A stretch of DNA of 62,101 bases, counting the filler, from Hausera hauseri (Eukaryota), in assembly GCA_046269625.1 (NCBI GenBank). It is 10 parts of 10 records of this genome, joined end to end, with 100 filler letters (N's around TTAATTAATTAA, not from the genome) between each part and the next. Parts side by side here need not be neighbours in the genome. Positions count along the whole stretch, not along the records: positions 26,152 to 32,011 come from JBJURY010178528.1; positions 32,112 to 41,463 come from JBJURY010401034.1; 8 more parts are not named here. One strand, written 5' to 3'. Position 1 is the stretch's first letter, and each line of letters starts with the position of its first letter. A program made the translations under genes and the position numbers. Of this stretch, positions 26,152 to 38,529 are shown piece after piece. The notes under the pieces are model-generated. The model worked only from the letters and a program-made list of their open reading frames with translations. It had not been told where the DNA came from and ran no database searches.

Positions 26152-27180
26152 TGGGGAATCGATTAAAGCCATCAGATTCTTCGAATAATGCATGCTTGAC
26201 CGAATATTCGAGTTCGAATCGATAATTCGTCGAGTTGGAATAATGTATTCGAATATCTGACATCGGATTCGTAATCGCCATATATGCTTTCCTATCTGTG
26301 TATGCTTAAAGATTTATCGATTTTAGTGTTCTTCACCTTCAAATTCACCTCAATTGCTTAATTAATATAACAATTACTTAGCATTTATTAAGTACTTTTA
26401 CCATATTGTAAAACCTTGTTTTTTGTACAGAAAGGTGCACTGCACCGCATTAATATTGGTCGATATGTAGGTTTTCGCCAATGGGAAATCGAATGGCATC
26501 ATTAGATTTTTCAAATAATGCATTCTTGACCGAGTTTTCGAGTTCGAATAGCTAAATATTAGACTTGTAAGCTCGAATTCGGTTATATAACATCATATTC
26601 CCATTCGGCATATATGCTTTCCTATACAGATCCACTAGTAGATTTATCGATTTCCGTTTCACTGGGCTTCAAATGCACATTTCTGCTTAATTTGAAATGT
26701 TGATTTTATGTCTATATATAGTACATTTTCGTGGAATAATTTTTATGCACAACGGGGTTTTCATATACGAGTAATCTATTCCCACTGTTAGATTTTTCGT
26801 ATAGTTCGATATTCTATATTCGATCCAAAAAATATTCGAATTTCGAGTTTTCGACTCAAGATTCATTGCTGCCATAGTCGATTTCCTATTTGTCCTCGCT
26901 CAATGTTATATCGAATTTTGCTACCTTAAAGATTACAAAACATGCTAATTCGCTCAATTTTGCACCTTGGATCGATAATAATTGAAAACTAATCGATAAA
27001 TTTGAATTCTAACTGAACATTCACATACTACACCATGTTTCCTTCCAAATGCAGCAGGTCACATTTCCCAATCATCTATATAGGATTTATCGGAAATTCG
27101 ATATTATTGACTTTGCACACCTGTACACATATTTTTGCACTGCACCCCACATATCAAGGTGCATCTCGATGTACTGTATT
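26152..27180 (-). repeat. Same satellite family in reverse orientation
   Basis: 26680-27170 is a diverged reverse complement of ~25480-25970. Confidence 0.8.
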
Positions 27181-27189
27181 TATTATTAC

Positions 27190-30100
27190 GTGACGCCGAT
27201 TGTGGTGCCCATGGCGGCCGGCGCCCTCAGTCCCATTTGGTTGGGCACGGCCGGGCGTCCGTTGCCGCAGCGTCCGACCTATAGTTGGGCCCGATTCTCC
27301 AGTTCTTTTACTTGATCCACATCCCATAAAGATGAAACGTGGAAAGAACGGGAATAATCAATTATCGTCTACAGTCAACCGTAGGTGGCCGTAGTTTGGA
27401 GTATAGTATAGACACCAGATACTGTGGGTTTATTTATGAAGACGCTTACAGAAAAAAAGCAGAACTACCCTTTTTCGATTTCCTTTATGCCGGAAAATTG
27501 CAGACTAAAGAGACTTCAAGAAGATCCAAAATGCATTAAAGTCAAACAAAATACAGAAGGACGACTATAATTTACCATTAAACCCTCCTATGAATCAGAA
27601 AAGCTGCAACATTACTAATGCCAACTGTCACTCTTGTTACAAATGTTACCATCCGACTCAATCACCATGACAACAGTTGCCACGAACTCACCTTCATAAT
27701 ATGTGCTATTTCCCTCAAGTTTCACATTATTCACCGTGCGATTGTTGCTATTTAAATAGTTATCATTTTCTCCTATGTTCCCCTCATTCTGAACACAGCT
27801 GCACGTATTAACGTGGACAGAAGAGTCACTGCCACTGCAACTGCCAGACCGGGATGGTTATGCATAATTGCTGTCAGTACGCTAACGACAGTCACAACCA
27901 AACGTTTCTGTGCAATAAACGTCAAAGTAAAATCTCAATAGATGCTGCAGAGATTACTTTTCGCACAACAGACACGATTTGTTTTCTAATCAGCCAAAGT
28001 TGAACGTCCATCAGAAATATAACGACAATGTTACTCAGAAACGTAAATCAAAATCAGAAAAGAAAAGACAATAGTACATCAATAGAACAACAGCTTAATC
28101 AGCTACGTGCTGAAAATATTGCACTACATGCAACAATCAACAATATCAATAATAAATTAAACGAATTGTCTCTGTCCCGCCAAAAGTGTTTTGCTGCTGA
28201 CCGCGCCCTTTCTGCGTCTAGAAACCGTACACCATCGCCTGCGCGTTCGTCGATCTGCTACTACCACAGCAGATTTAACACTAATTCTCAAAAGTGCTGC
28301 CTAAGGTGCAAATTTTATAACAAAAGTTTTTCTCGGATACCGTTGTTTGCATCCACCATGCAAGATTTAAAAATCTGGCTCGTAAATGCATTCCAAGCTG
28401 CACCTTCAAATCAAATAGGAACGACGGAGTACTACCTTTCCTTCCGTTACTACTCAAGCCGTTTTACCACTTCCACCAAATCTCTCACAGTTACCTACAA
28501 CTTTACAGCAATTCGTCAACACATCATATCCACGCGTACTTAAAAAAGACCATACGTTTCCTCCCGCAAACAGTACTTTACATCACATAGTTACATAACA
28601 TCAACGTCCAATACGCCAAAAGGTACAACTTCTGTCACCTAGTTGTATACAGAACGTAGAAGCCGAATTTCTGGAACTAGAACGTTCCGGCATTGTACGC
28701 CATTCTAAATCTCCTTGGTCATCACCTTTACACGTTGTACAAAAAGGACGGTACATTTAGACCATGCGGTGACTACCGACAGCTGAACAACTTGACTATC
28801 ATGGGTGCATACCCTTTACCACTCATCAAGGATATCTTGCATCGTCTTAATTCAGTCGCCATATATTCAACCATTCATTTAGCTAAAGCATACCATCAAA
28901 TACCGGTAGCACACGAAGACATAGAAAACACTGCAGTAACTACTCCTTTTGGTCTCTACAAATACCTGTTTATGCCATTCGGTCTGCGGAATGCCGCACA
29001 AACGTTTCAGCGGCACATCGATTCAATTCTTTCAGATTTCCCGTTTGCACACCCTTACATCGATGATATTCTAATCGTCTCATCTTCGGCCAAGCAACAC
29101 GAGGAATACCTTCGCACAATATTCCAACGCCTTAACCACCACAACCTACAAGTCAGTTTCGACAAATGCCATTTTTTCAAAAAGCGCATTAACTTTTTAG
29201 GCCACGTTATTGCACCAGACGGTTATTCTCCCCAATCAGACCGAGTTTAAGCTCTTAAAAACATGCAGTTACCACGTACGACCATCGACATGCATAGCTT
29301 CTTTGGCACACTACACTTTGTACATAGATATGTACCATATTGCTCCGAATTGACAGCACCATTCGCACACCTAAGCGACGGCAAAAAACATCAGCCAATC
29401 TAGTAGACACTTGAATTGGTTGACAAATTTGACAAGCTACGCGAAAAAATCAAAACAGTCGATATTCTAGCTTTTCCCAAGCCTGATGCAGAACTCATCC
29501 ATACTACAGACGCGTCAACCACTGCTGTAGGCGCTGTACTCCACCAGATCTACAAGGGCGAAAATCAACCACTAGAATTTTTCTCTCGCAAGTTAACAGC
29601 ACCTGAAACCAGATATTCCACGTTCAATCAAGAACTATTGGCCATCGTTCTAGCTTTAAAGCATTTCTCCCACCTACTTGTCGCTCGTCATTTTACTATA
29701 CAAACCGATCACAAGCCCTTACTTAACATCATGGCTATGAAACATTCTTCCACACGCCAAGAACGACAAGTATCATACTTATCGACGTTTAAATTCGAAA
29801 TTAAACACATTAACGGGGTTAACAATTTAGTTGTTGATTTTTTATCTAGTCGTTTAGTTTGATTAATTTTTCACCGATTTTTACTTAAGATCAACTTTAA
29901 CAGAACCAGCCACTTCAGAACATGCTTAATTCTTTTAAGTCTTGCACAATCGTTGACGGCGTGGCTTTAGATACTTCCAAACCAGGCCATTTCGTAATAA
30001 TTCTAGCACCATCATTGCAAAGGCAAGCATTTCACAACTTGCACTCACTACACCATCGCGGTGGTAAAGCCACTTTCCGTCTACTCTACTGACAAGTAAT

Positions 30101-30885
30101 TTGGCCGTCAATGCATTCTGATGTGCAGGCATGGGTTAAAGAGTGTGTGGCTTGCCAAAAATACAAAACAGCTAAGCATTTAAATCCACCACTATTCCAC
30201 TTTCCTTGCACATCGCGTTTCGAGTCCATGCATATCGACATCGTTGGCCCTTTTCCTCCAGACAACGGTCATCAATTCATGCTCACCATGATAGACCGTT
30301 TCTCGCGATGGCCAGAAGCCATCCCTATGCGGAGCACAAATACCGACACTGTAGCTGACGTTTTCATTTGCACATGGATTAACAGGTTTAGATCACCTCA
30401 CTTCATCATCACGGACCAGGGTCCACAGTTTGAATCCAACCTATTCAAATCTCTCGTTAACCGATTGGGGATCCATCACATACATACTATGCATTATCAC
30501 CCCCAATCGAATGCCCTTCTAGAACGTTTCCGCCGAAGCTTGAAAACGTCACTACGAATCCTTGCAGAGCCCAACACTAGTTGGACGAACATTCTTCCGT
30601 TCGTTCTGCTCGGCTGGCGGAATACTTCGTCCATTTCCACAGGATGCTCACCTACTGAAGCCTTATTCGGAGTTCCTGTCCGATCATTATTCGAACTAAC
30701 CGCCCTAGACGACACTCCCACGGATGAGACGGTACGGGTGGCGCAAAATCACTTCGTCAAGGTCAGCAAAGAATCGTTCTGTAGACTACTTCACAAAAAC
30801 AAAACATGCCCAAAGATTTGTACACGGCTAAATTCGTATGGCTAAAAAATCAAGCGCCTTGGGGTTTCCAGCCGCGGTAACTGGG
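27190..30885 (+). mobile_element. pol: Ty3/Gypsy retrotransposon, decayed (gag end ~28028-28330, RT 28600-29250, RNase H 29416-29862, integrase ~30030-30880)
   Basis: CYYH.RF...KC, RPCGDYRQLN, MPFGLRNAAQTFQR, YIDD, TDAS, TDHKPL, HIDIVGP, TDQGPQFES, YHPQSN. Confidence 0.95.
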
Positions 30886-32111
30886 GTAATTAAATATACT
30901 TTATAATATTTATGTATTCGGTACGTCCCATTCCAACCGCGGCGATACTCGATCATATAAGTGATTACGTCTTATCATTGCTTTACCTAGATTATTATTA
31001 CTAAGGAAAATAATCATTTTTATTGTTATTCAACTCAATAATCTTTATAAGAACCAATATTGTATTATTATTTTCGTTCTCCATCCAATTACTATGACTG
31101 CATGCGCATTACTTTAGAGTAAGTGCAACAAATAAACGATAATAGGAAATAAATGAACACGCCTTATGGAAGTTATCAACCTGGCCATGAGCACTCATTC
31201 TACAAGTTGGTCATCATAGGATTCTTTTGTCCGTGAATTCGTAGTCATGGTCTAGATTTCAATTCGAAACGTACCATATAATTCATGAATGATGGCGAAT
31301 CCCATCAAGAGGTGTAACATTTGTCGCAATTCCTTCAATTCAGATCTTTATTTGCATAAAAGCCCCGGCGTAACTTTCTGGTCTTTGATACTTTCGTACT
31401 TGCATGTACCCACTTATCATCAACCTTCTCGTCCAGATTACTGAGCTCCTTATCGGTAACAAGGCTTCATATATCTTAATCATCGCTCGTTATCTCCGGT
31501 AGCTCTTCATCTTTTTTTCCATCACTTGGAATCGAAATTAAGGAATAATTTACCATAAACAACATTTATTAAAGTACAAAATATACAAGACAGGGAGTGG
31601 TAACAACATTAATTATATTATTATTTATTAATTATCATTAAAGTGTAGGATCAATATTTTACCAATTGGTTGTTCTCCGTATTCCTCGTCGTTAGTTTGT
31701 GAGTAGGCCAAGAATGTGATTATGAGTAGGTAGATGATTCTATTTATGATTCTGTCCTTTCAATGTATCCAAATTCCTCGTAGGTATCGCTTATCTGCAA
31801 AATTGACAATTCCTCTGTTTAAACATACGGTTTTAACCTGTATTAAAATTCAGCGAAAAAGTTTTATTTCAGATTAGTTTTGGAGTCGTAAAATGCTCTT
31901 CTCCAAGATTAGTTTCGCAAATAAAATTATGTCAAAATTTCTTTTTGTTATATGGGTTTTGGTCGGCCTTATATACCATACGTAATTATGTCGTTAACTG
32001 ATTTTCAAAATNNNNNNNNNNNNNNNNNNNNNNNNNNNNNNNNNNNNNNNNNNNNTTAATTAATTAANNNNNNNNNNNNNNNNNNNNNNNNNNNNNNNNN
32101 NNNNNNNNNNN

Positions 32112-35100
32112 GTAAAAATCTTTCTCTATCTTCAATTAACCAGTTCATAATTCTATACATCTTATTTAAGACAAGTGTACAAACATCCTCTTTATCACTG
32201 TTATTTGATAACATAGTCAAATAATATTCAAACTGATCTTCTTCCGTACGTATCTCTTCGATTTCTACACCCGGACCAAGCATCATAATTCGAGACATTT
32301 CCGCAATATCTTCCTCTTTTTGGCTCTCTTCATCGTGGATTTTATCAATAATTTTATTATCTTGATTATCATCGCCAACTACGGGACCATCGTAATCTAC
32401 AAACCACGCATACATACCTTGTATTCGTTTTGTCTTATCAATTTTTGCTTTAGTACTATTTGTCAATCCTTTTGAACACCTTTTATATTTTATTTCATCG
32501 GTATGGACTTCTAAAGCATGTTTATTTTCTTGACTTTTAACTAATACTGGAGATACATTTTCATTATCTCCACTTATTATACGGTACATTTCTTTCTGTT
32601 GTTCATGGTTAGTTGACGTTTCTTGAATTAGATTTAATTTTATTTGTCTCTCTATTGTTGAATCATCCATTCCATATCTTGTTAACATTATCTTTTTATC
32701 AACCTCGTCATATTCATTGTTTTCTTCGTCTTTTTCCGACTGAATCCAGTTATCCAAAAATATCTGATACACCGAACTATCCAATCGCTCTAGTATTTCT
32801 CGTAATTTTATAAGTAGCACCATCGATATATTCATTTCAAATTTTATATTTAATTTGTTAATACCCAACATTTTTCTGACACATTCAATTTCTACTTCAC
32901 AGATATTATTAAATCCTTTTAAGTATCGAATTCGCTTAACCTTTAATACGCCAAGTTCTTTATTTATAGATACTTTTCTGAATTCATTTAGCGTCTTAAT
33001 TATTTCATCAAAACAGTGACTACATTTATATCTTTGAAAGATATCAATAGATCGTCTAATCTTCAATCGTCTTTCTATTTCATTCTCCTCTTCTACTACT
33101 TTTTTATTTAAGTTAAAACTTCCTGTCTTTGAAATCTGTTTCAGAGACGTTTTTAACTTCACTTTATCTATCTCAGTACTAAGTATGTCTATCTGTGTTT
33201 CTACATTGTCCTTGACTAATTTTGCATCTATCCCAATTTCATGATTCTGCGAATCTACCTTTTTTAATAATTTTTCTGGGTCCTTTAACTTCTCCAATCG
33301 TTTTCTTAAATCATGTTCCGAATCGTCTTCGGATTCTTCATGTTTTACCTTATCTTCTCCTCTAATCATTAAATATTGTTTTTCAAACACATTCGTTTCA
33401 TTACATCCCACGTTATCGGAAGTTTCCAAAGTATTAACATCTATATCCTTTATATTATCATGCAATTTTATTCCTAATCCATCTGGCATACTCGCCTTTC
33501 CATTTATATCTATCTCAGCCATCCCATTAATTTCTAAATATTCATTATTAATTTTCATCTGATTCAAAATTTCCAATTCATTACTCATTTCTATATTTTC
33601 GACTTTAATCTTCTCAATATTTCGGGGTACATTTAAAATGTCAAGAGCCTTAACGCTCGATCCTTTCGTCAATTCATTATCGTCCATCCTTTTACTGGAT
33701 TTACTATAATTCTCAGAATTCATTTCTACATCCGAATTAAATTCTATATCAATCGGCAAATTTTCAACATTACGTTCACTATTCAATATTACCGAGTTTA
33801 AATCGAGTTCAGAACTCACATTTTTGTCGCTTTCACTATTAGAACCAGTGGACAGTGCTCTTAAATAATTTCTACTGACATCATTTGCGATGTAGATACA
33901 TTCATGTTCCAACATACTTTCAACATCCTTTATTTTTGACACTTCGGTCAAATTTATTTCGACCTCATTTAGTTCACTTTCGTTTTGAGAATGCCAGCTA
34001 CTACAGCTAGCTCCTTCTGAGCGATCACCATATTTACTTACAAACTTCTTTTCTTCAAATTCCAAAAATTTAAATATTTCAATATCATCATCATCCTGAT
34101 TACATTCTTCTTCTAGACAACCATATTCAAGAGTCATCTGCTTAATAGTTTTTATCTGTTTTGGATACTCTATTTTCCTACAGCAAGTATCACTCTTAGG
34201 TTTTTCCTTTGATTTCTTATCCTTTACTCCCAACATACTAGCTTGATTTTCGTGCAATACTTTCAACCTATCTAATTGGGTACGCATTTCATCTCTCTCG
34301 GCTCTTAATTGTTTTAGTTCACACTCTACATTTACATTATTCGAATTTTGATAGTTTTCGATATTATTATCATAATTTCCTCTTTGATTCCATGAATTTT
34401 CATAGCACCCATAATTCTCATAGTTCTCCGAATCATTCAATTGTGTTTCGAAATTCTGATTATTTTGCATAAGGGTTAGTTTATTATAGGTCGCCAACAA
34501 CGGACATTTCTTCCATATGTGTCCGATTTGATTACAATGATAGCAAAATCTATTTTCATTCATCATACTTACCTGAGTTGGACAGGTTCGAGCTACATGT
34601 CCCCATTGTGCACAAATATTGCACTGCTTAGGTTGTTGAATATAAGGTGGAATTAATACCGGCATTCTTTTAATTTCTGGGCAAGACTTTGCAATATGTC
34701 CAAATTTCTTGCATTGATTGCACTGAATTGATCCTCGGTAATTGACTTTATCCCTTTCTAACGCCATTGCTTGTTGTTGCGTAGTTTGTGATCGAAGAGG
34801 ATATCGTTTTTGCTGTTCTGGAGGGTTGATCCATTGTGTTCTATTCAGATTTGCTCCAGCGGCCATGTCTTTAATAGGAGTACTCATTCTTTGCGGTTGT
34901 AAGTTTACTCTTATAGGTGATTTTACAATATTTGGGTCAATATTAGAAAACAAATTTTGGTTAACGTTCTGATTATTACCAACATTCCAACGAGGCGGGC
35001 CCCAACGCGGTATCGAAGGAACTTGCCAACCGGCCTGTCCGTATAACCACGAAGGAGTTCGCCAAGCCTGGTTAAATTGCCTAAAATTTTGATTTGGATT

Positions 35101-35715
35101 TTGAGGTCTAAAGTTCCTACTTGAAATTTGATTGTTATTAACTGAGTTTTGATTGATTTGATTTAATTTATTCTCTACGTTTTCAAAATTTATTGCTTTT
35201 CTTATTAGCTCACTCAGAGTAGAAACATCACTTTCAATCAATTGTCTCTGTAACTTGGGGCTATTAAGTCCAGTGATAAAACAATCTATCAAAATAGGCT
35301 CTAATGCGAAAACCTTAGGTGCGCCTTTATCATCTTTGGCAGTATCTTCCTTCTCCAATGCTTCCTTATATCGTTTACCAAGTAATTGAAGAGCGAAAGC
35401 AAATTTATTAACAGATTCTCCTGGTAGTTGGACTCTCGACCGTAGACTTCTTAGTTTTGCGTTTGAGGATGGATCTGGATCCAAGTTTCTTCTAAATACA
35501 TCAACAAATTTATCCCAATTCATTTTCTCCTTATCTTCAATTTGTAAATAAGCTTGTAAAGCAACTCCTTCCAAATGTGCAACCAAACGTTTAATTTTCT
35601 CCTTATCATTCCATTCTAATCCGTCTGCTTGTGCTGCATACACTAACATAAAATCATCAAATTCTGTAGTTTCCCCGGAATATCGTCCTAAATTTAGATT
35701 TGCAAATGTGGACAT
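32112..35715 (-). CDS. gag: Gag polyprotein: capsid, three CCHC zinc knuckles and a long acidic extension; 3' end open
   Basis: First ATG at 35715; LEGVAL..Y, RVQLPGESVNKFA..L, FITGL; CNQCKKFGHIAKSC, CNICAQWGHVARTC, CYHCNQIGHIWKKC. Confidence 0.93.
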
Positions 35716-35871
35716 TCTCTGTACTTGCGAATATTTAAACTCTTCTGTAGGGGTGGTAGTGCTGTGTTCAGTAATTTTTCTTATGATATTTTCACCTACT
35801 ATTACCTTCTCGTCGAACGATCGCTTCAACTTATTAGCCAGAGCACAAGAATTTTAAATTCAAAAATCGTG

Positions 35872-35888
35872 TCCTGGCGTGGTCGCCA
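35872..35888 (-). promoter_or_regulatory. Primer binding site, tRNA-Arg type
   Basis: TGGCGACCACGCCAGGA, 5 nt after the LTR-terminal CA; TGGCGACC is the tRNA-Arg PBS of 412/mdg1-type Gypsy elements. Confidence 0.8.
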
Positions 35889-35893
35889 AATTT

Positions 35894-36131
35894 TGTTTGC
35901 CTTTGTCCTAACTACTGCACCACGTTTTGCCTCGTCAGAATATAATTTATCAGATTATTTTATCAATAATTAATTTCTTTCTAACCGAAATTATAACAAT
36001 TTCCAATTACCGATTCGGTACTAATTCGTAATTAGTAAAAAAAGGGCTTAGCGAAGGCTATAAGGGCAGTTTGAGAACACCCTAGTCGATTTTACTATGT
36101 TATCGAAGAGCTGTTCTCTTGCTACCTGACA
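35894..36131 (-). repeat. Single LTR of ~238 bp
   Basis: Minus strand begins TGTCAGG and ends GCAAACA; bracketed by a PPT upstream and a PBS downstream. Confidence 0.75.
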
Positions 36132-36149
36132 CGTCTTCTCTCTTGCCTC
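36132..36149 (-). promoter_or_regulatory. Polypurine tract
   Basis: GAGGCAAGAGAGAAGACG immediately before the LTR TGT. Confidence 0.7.
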
Positions 36150-36550
36150 GAACGGATAATTAGTTTAGGTTTGATAATTTATTATCCAAGATTTTTACAA
36201 TCAACAGGAGAACCACGGCAGATCACAGAGCAGTCCGTGATTCCTTCCTGTACATACAAACTATTTTACCATGCATTCGATTTTATCAGCAAGCAAAACA
36301 GAAGAAAATGTGAATTGACAATTAAAACCAATTAAAACAAAAATTAGAATTTTACCCACTTGAACTATTAAAACTGCTTCCAGTAGGAATGAGCTGCTAC
36401 TATCGTCAATATGACCCAGGGATCAACAAAATCTATAATTTTCTTTTTTTCAACGGAGATATAACTGCAGAACACTAATACACTTTTATTGTAATTATTT
36501 TCATTTTCATGCTAGTATTTATACTTAAAGGAAAACATCAACGGAAAATA

Positions 36551-36660
36551 TCAATTATCACGAAGACGAGTGTCAATTTTCACAAGACAAAACATCAATT
36601 ACCGCAGCATTAATCACGACGAAAAATGTCAATTATTACAAGAAAAAGCATCAATTATTA
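36551..36660. repeat. Degenerate ~22-nt tandem repeat in the 3' UTR
   Basis: Five TCAATT-initiated units such as TCAATTATCACGAAGACGAGTG and TCAATTTTCACAAGACAAAACA. Confidence 0.65.
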
Positions 36661-36723
36661 ACTAGATTTTCCCAACATAAGGGGGGGTCAAAGATGTCGA
36701 CTTCCACTGGCGATACTTGTAAA

Positions 36724-38529
36724 TTATGGCGAGTCCAGGGTAATAATATCAGTCCATGCTGAGAAATCATCAGCATTTAACGGATGTCTCTCCTGTGATG
36801 TCTTTAAAATTGTCTGATCCAGGGAACTGAAAGGCATAGTATCAGTACAAGCTTGTGGACCATCCGACTGAGAAACCTGCAACGCTTTCTGGTGAACGGA
36901 ATTGAGGGGGAGAAAATTCATAGCTGGACTATCGGCATCCGTCGGCACACCAGTTGACGGCAATGGAGAGACATAAAAGGGATTCTCAATTAATGAAAAG
37001 CAGGACCAATCACAGTGAGGAACCGATGTGAGCAAAATTTTCGGGTGAGGGGTATTTAAGGGGGACAAGAATTCGGGGCGCCATGGACGAAGTAGGTAGT
37101 GGAACTTCCGTCGTTCTTTATATAGATCGTGGGCGATAAAGGCCATGTACTCCGAGGTCATTTTACCCGGTATGAAATACTCGGGAGATTTATATATACT
37201 AGAAAAGGAATTGAATCCGTTTTTACTATAATTAAGGTCAATATATCCAAGAAGAATTGTTGGGGGTAGGCGCCAAAGGGAAAGAAAAAAAAGAGGATCA
37301 AAAGTAACTAACACTCTACTATATAGCGCACGGTGCAGTTGAGCCCTACAAAGAGTAAAGTCTGGTGCAATATCCACTTCATCGAGGGAAATACCATGGG
37401 AATGCTTATCTACATTATCTATTTTTTCTCGCGGCTTTACATAAGTTTTATATCTTATGGTAAGAACGTCGTTGGGATCCGTTTGAAGATCAGCGAGGGT
37501 AATTTCAATAGGTAGCGGGAGACTACCAGAAAAGGCTAAAGCATATCCTGCAAAAATAAGATCCTTAATTGGATAAGAGTTGGGTGTTCTTATATATGAA
37601 TGTATCGATAGATTTGGTGGTTGGGGAAGCCAATCCAATTCATGTAGCGATATTTGTCCGTTAGGCGAGTTATCTAAGTATTGGCGCCAAGAAGGAACGT
37701 CCGAGTACTCTAACTCGAAATACACGAGGGATGTTTCTCTTACAAAGATAGAAAATAATTGTGAGGTCCAGACGTCAGCTGTCAACAAAATTGACTTATA
37801 AGATGAAAGATGCAGTTTAAAATGAGGTAAAGGTGGTCTATTAAATTCTAATGTAATAGATCCTTGAGCAATAGACAATAATAGATCCTTAGGTTGTATG
37901 GGGAAGTTGGGGATAGCAAAATGTTGCTCAAAGGTTTGACGTAAGGATTGAGGTCCATAAGTATGTGTCCACTGAGATATTAGAATGCATCGATCTTGAA
38001 GGCTGTTGCCTTTATATTTATTCGGAATTGAAAAAACAGAGGGATATCGAGTTATGGTATGACATAAGGAAGGGTTCATACGTATGGCCCGATAGGTAGA
38101 GCGTGAACGTAATACTTCAGTAAGAAAAGGAATAGGTAAACCACTTGGCAAAAATATAGGTAGGCGGGGCATTTGCTGTAGATTGGAAAATTGTAGATTT
38201 TGACCAATATTTCGGATGGCTGGTGCTTGGGTTAAAGAATAACATGTAGTAGAATAAGGTGATGATGGAAAAGACTGTAAAATCAAGGGAGGTTGCACGT
38301 CATTCATGGAGCGCTCAACGGACGCTCCAACAGTTTCCACTCGAATATTCGAATATAACCAATTGGTTTGGTGAGAAGGACTGGATTCGAAAGGAAATTT
38401 AGACTCTTCATTGGTAATGTTGCTGTCTGCTGACCGACTATCCAATGTATTCTGGTTCACTAAATTAAAATGGGTAATAGAAACATTTGCCCAAGCCAGA
38501 AAATAATAGGCCGTGGCCAGTTTTAATTG
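36724..38529 (-). CDS. 601-codon in-frame extension after the pol stop, containing an inactive DEDDh (REX4/ISG20-like) exonuclease fold at ~37115-37560
   Basis: No stop between the TGA at 38530-38532 and 36724; YKTYVKP...HGISLDEV..APDF...L..RVLVTF...YIDL...SEYMAFIAHDLY. Confidence 0.8.
   Translation of the reverse strand, partial: QLKLATAYYFLAWANVSITHFNLVNQNTLDSRSADSNITNEESKFPFESSPSHQTNWLYSNIRVETVGASVERSMNDVQPPLILQSFPSSPYSTTCYSLTQAPAIRNIGQNLQFSNLQQMPRLPIFLPSGLPIPFLTEVLRSRSTYRAIRMNPSLCHTITRYPSVFSIPNKYKGNSLQDRCILISQWTHTYGPQSLRQTFEQHFAIPNFPIQPKDLLLSIAQGSITLEFNRPPLPHFKLHLSSYKSILLTADVWTSQLFSIFVRETSLVYFELEYSDVPSWRQYLDNSPNGQISLHELDWLPQPPNLSIHSYIRTPNSYPIKDLIFAGYALAFSGSLPLPIEITLADLQTDPNDVLTIRYKTYVKPREKIDNVDKHSHGISLDEVDIAPDFTLCRAQLHRALYSRVLVTFDPLFFLSLWRLPPTILLGYIDLNYSKNGFNSFSSIYKSPEYFIPGKMTSEYMAFIAHDLYKERRKFHYLLRPWRPEFLSPLNTPHPKILLTSVPHCDWSCFSLIENPFYVSPLPSTGVPTDADSPAMNFLPLNSVHQKALQVSQSDGPQACTDTMPFSSLDQTILKTSQERHPLNADDFSAWTDIITLDSP

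Noticed and set aside
31150-31560. Acidic minus-strand stretch resembling a DNA-transposase N-terminus
   Set aside because: Many stops and no diagnostic motif; cannot be assigned.
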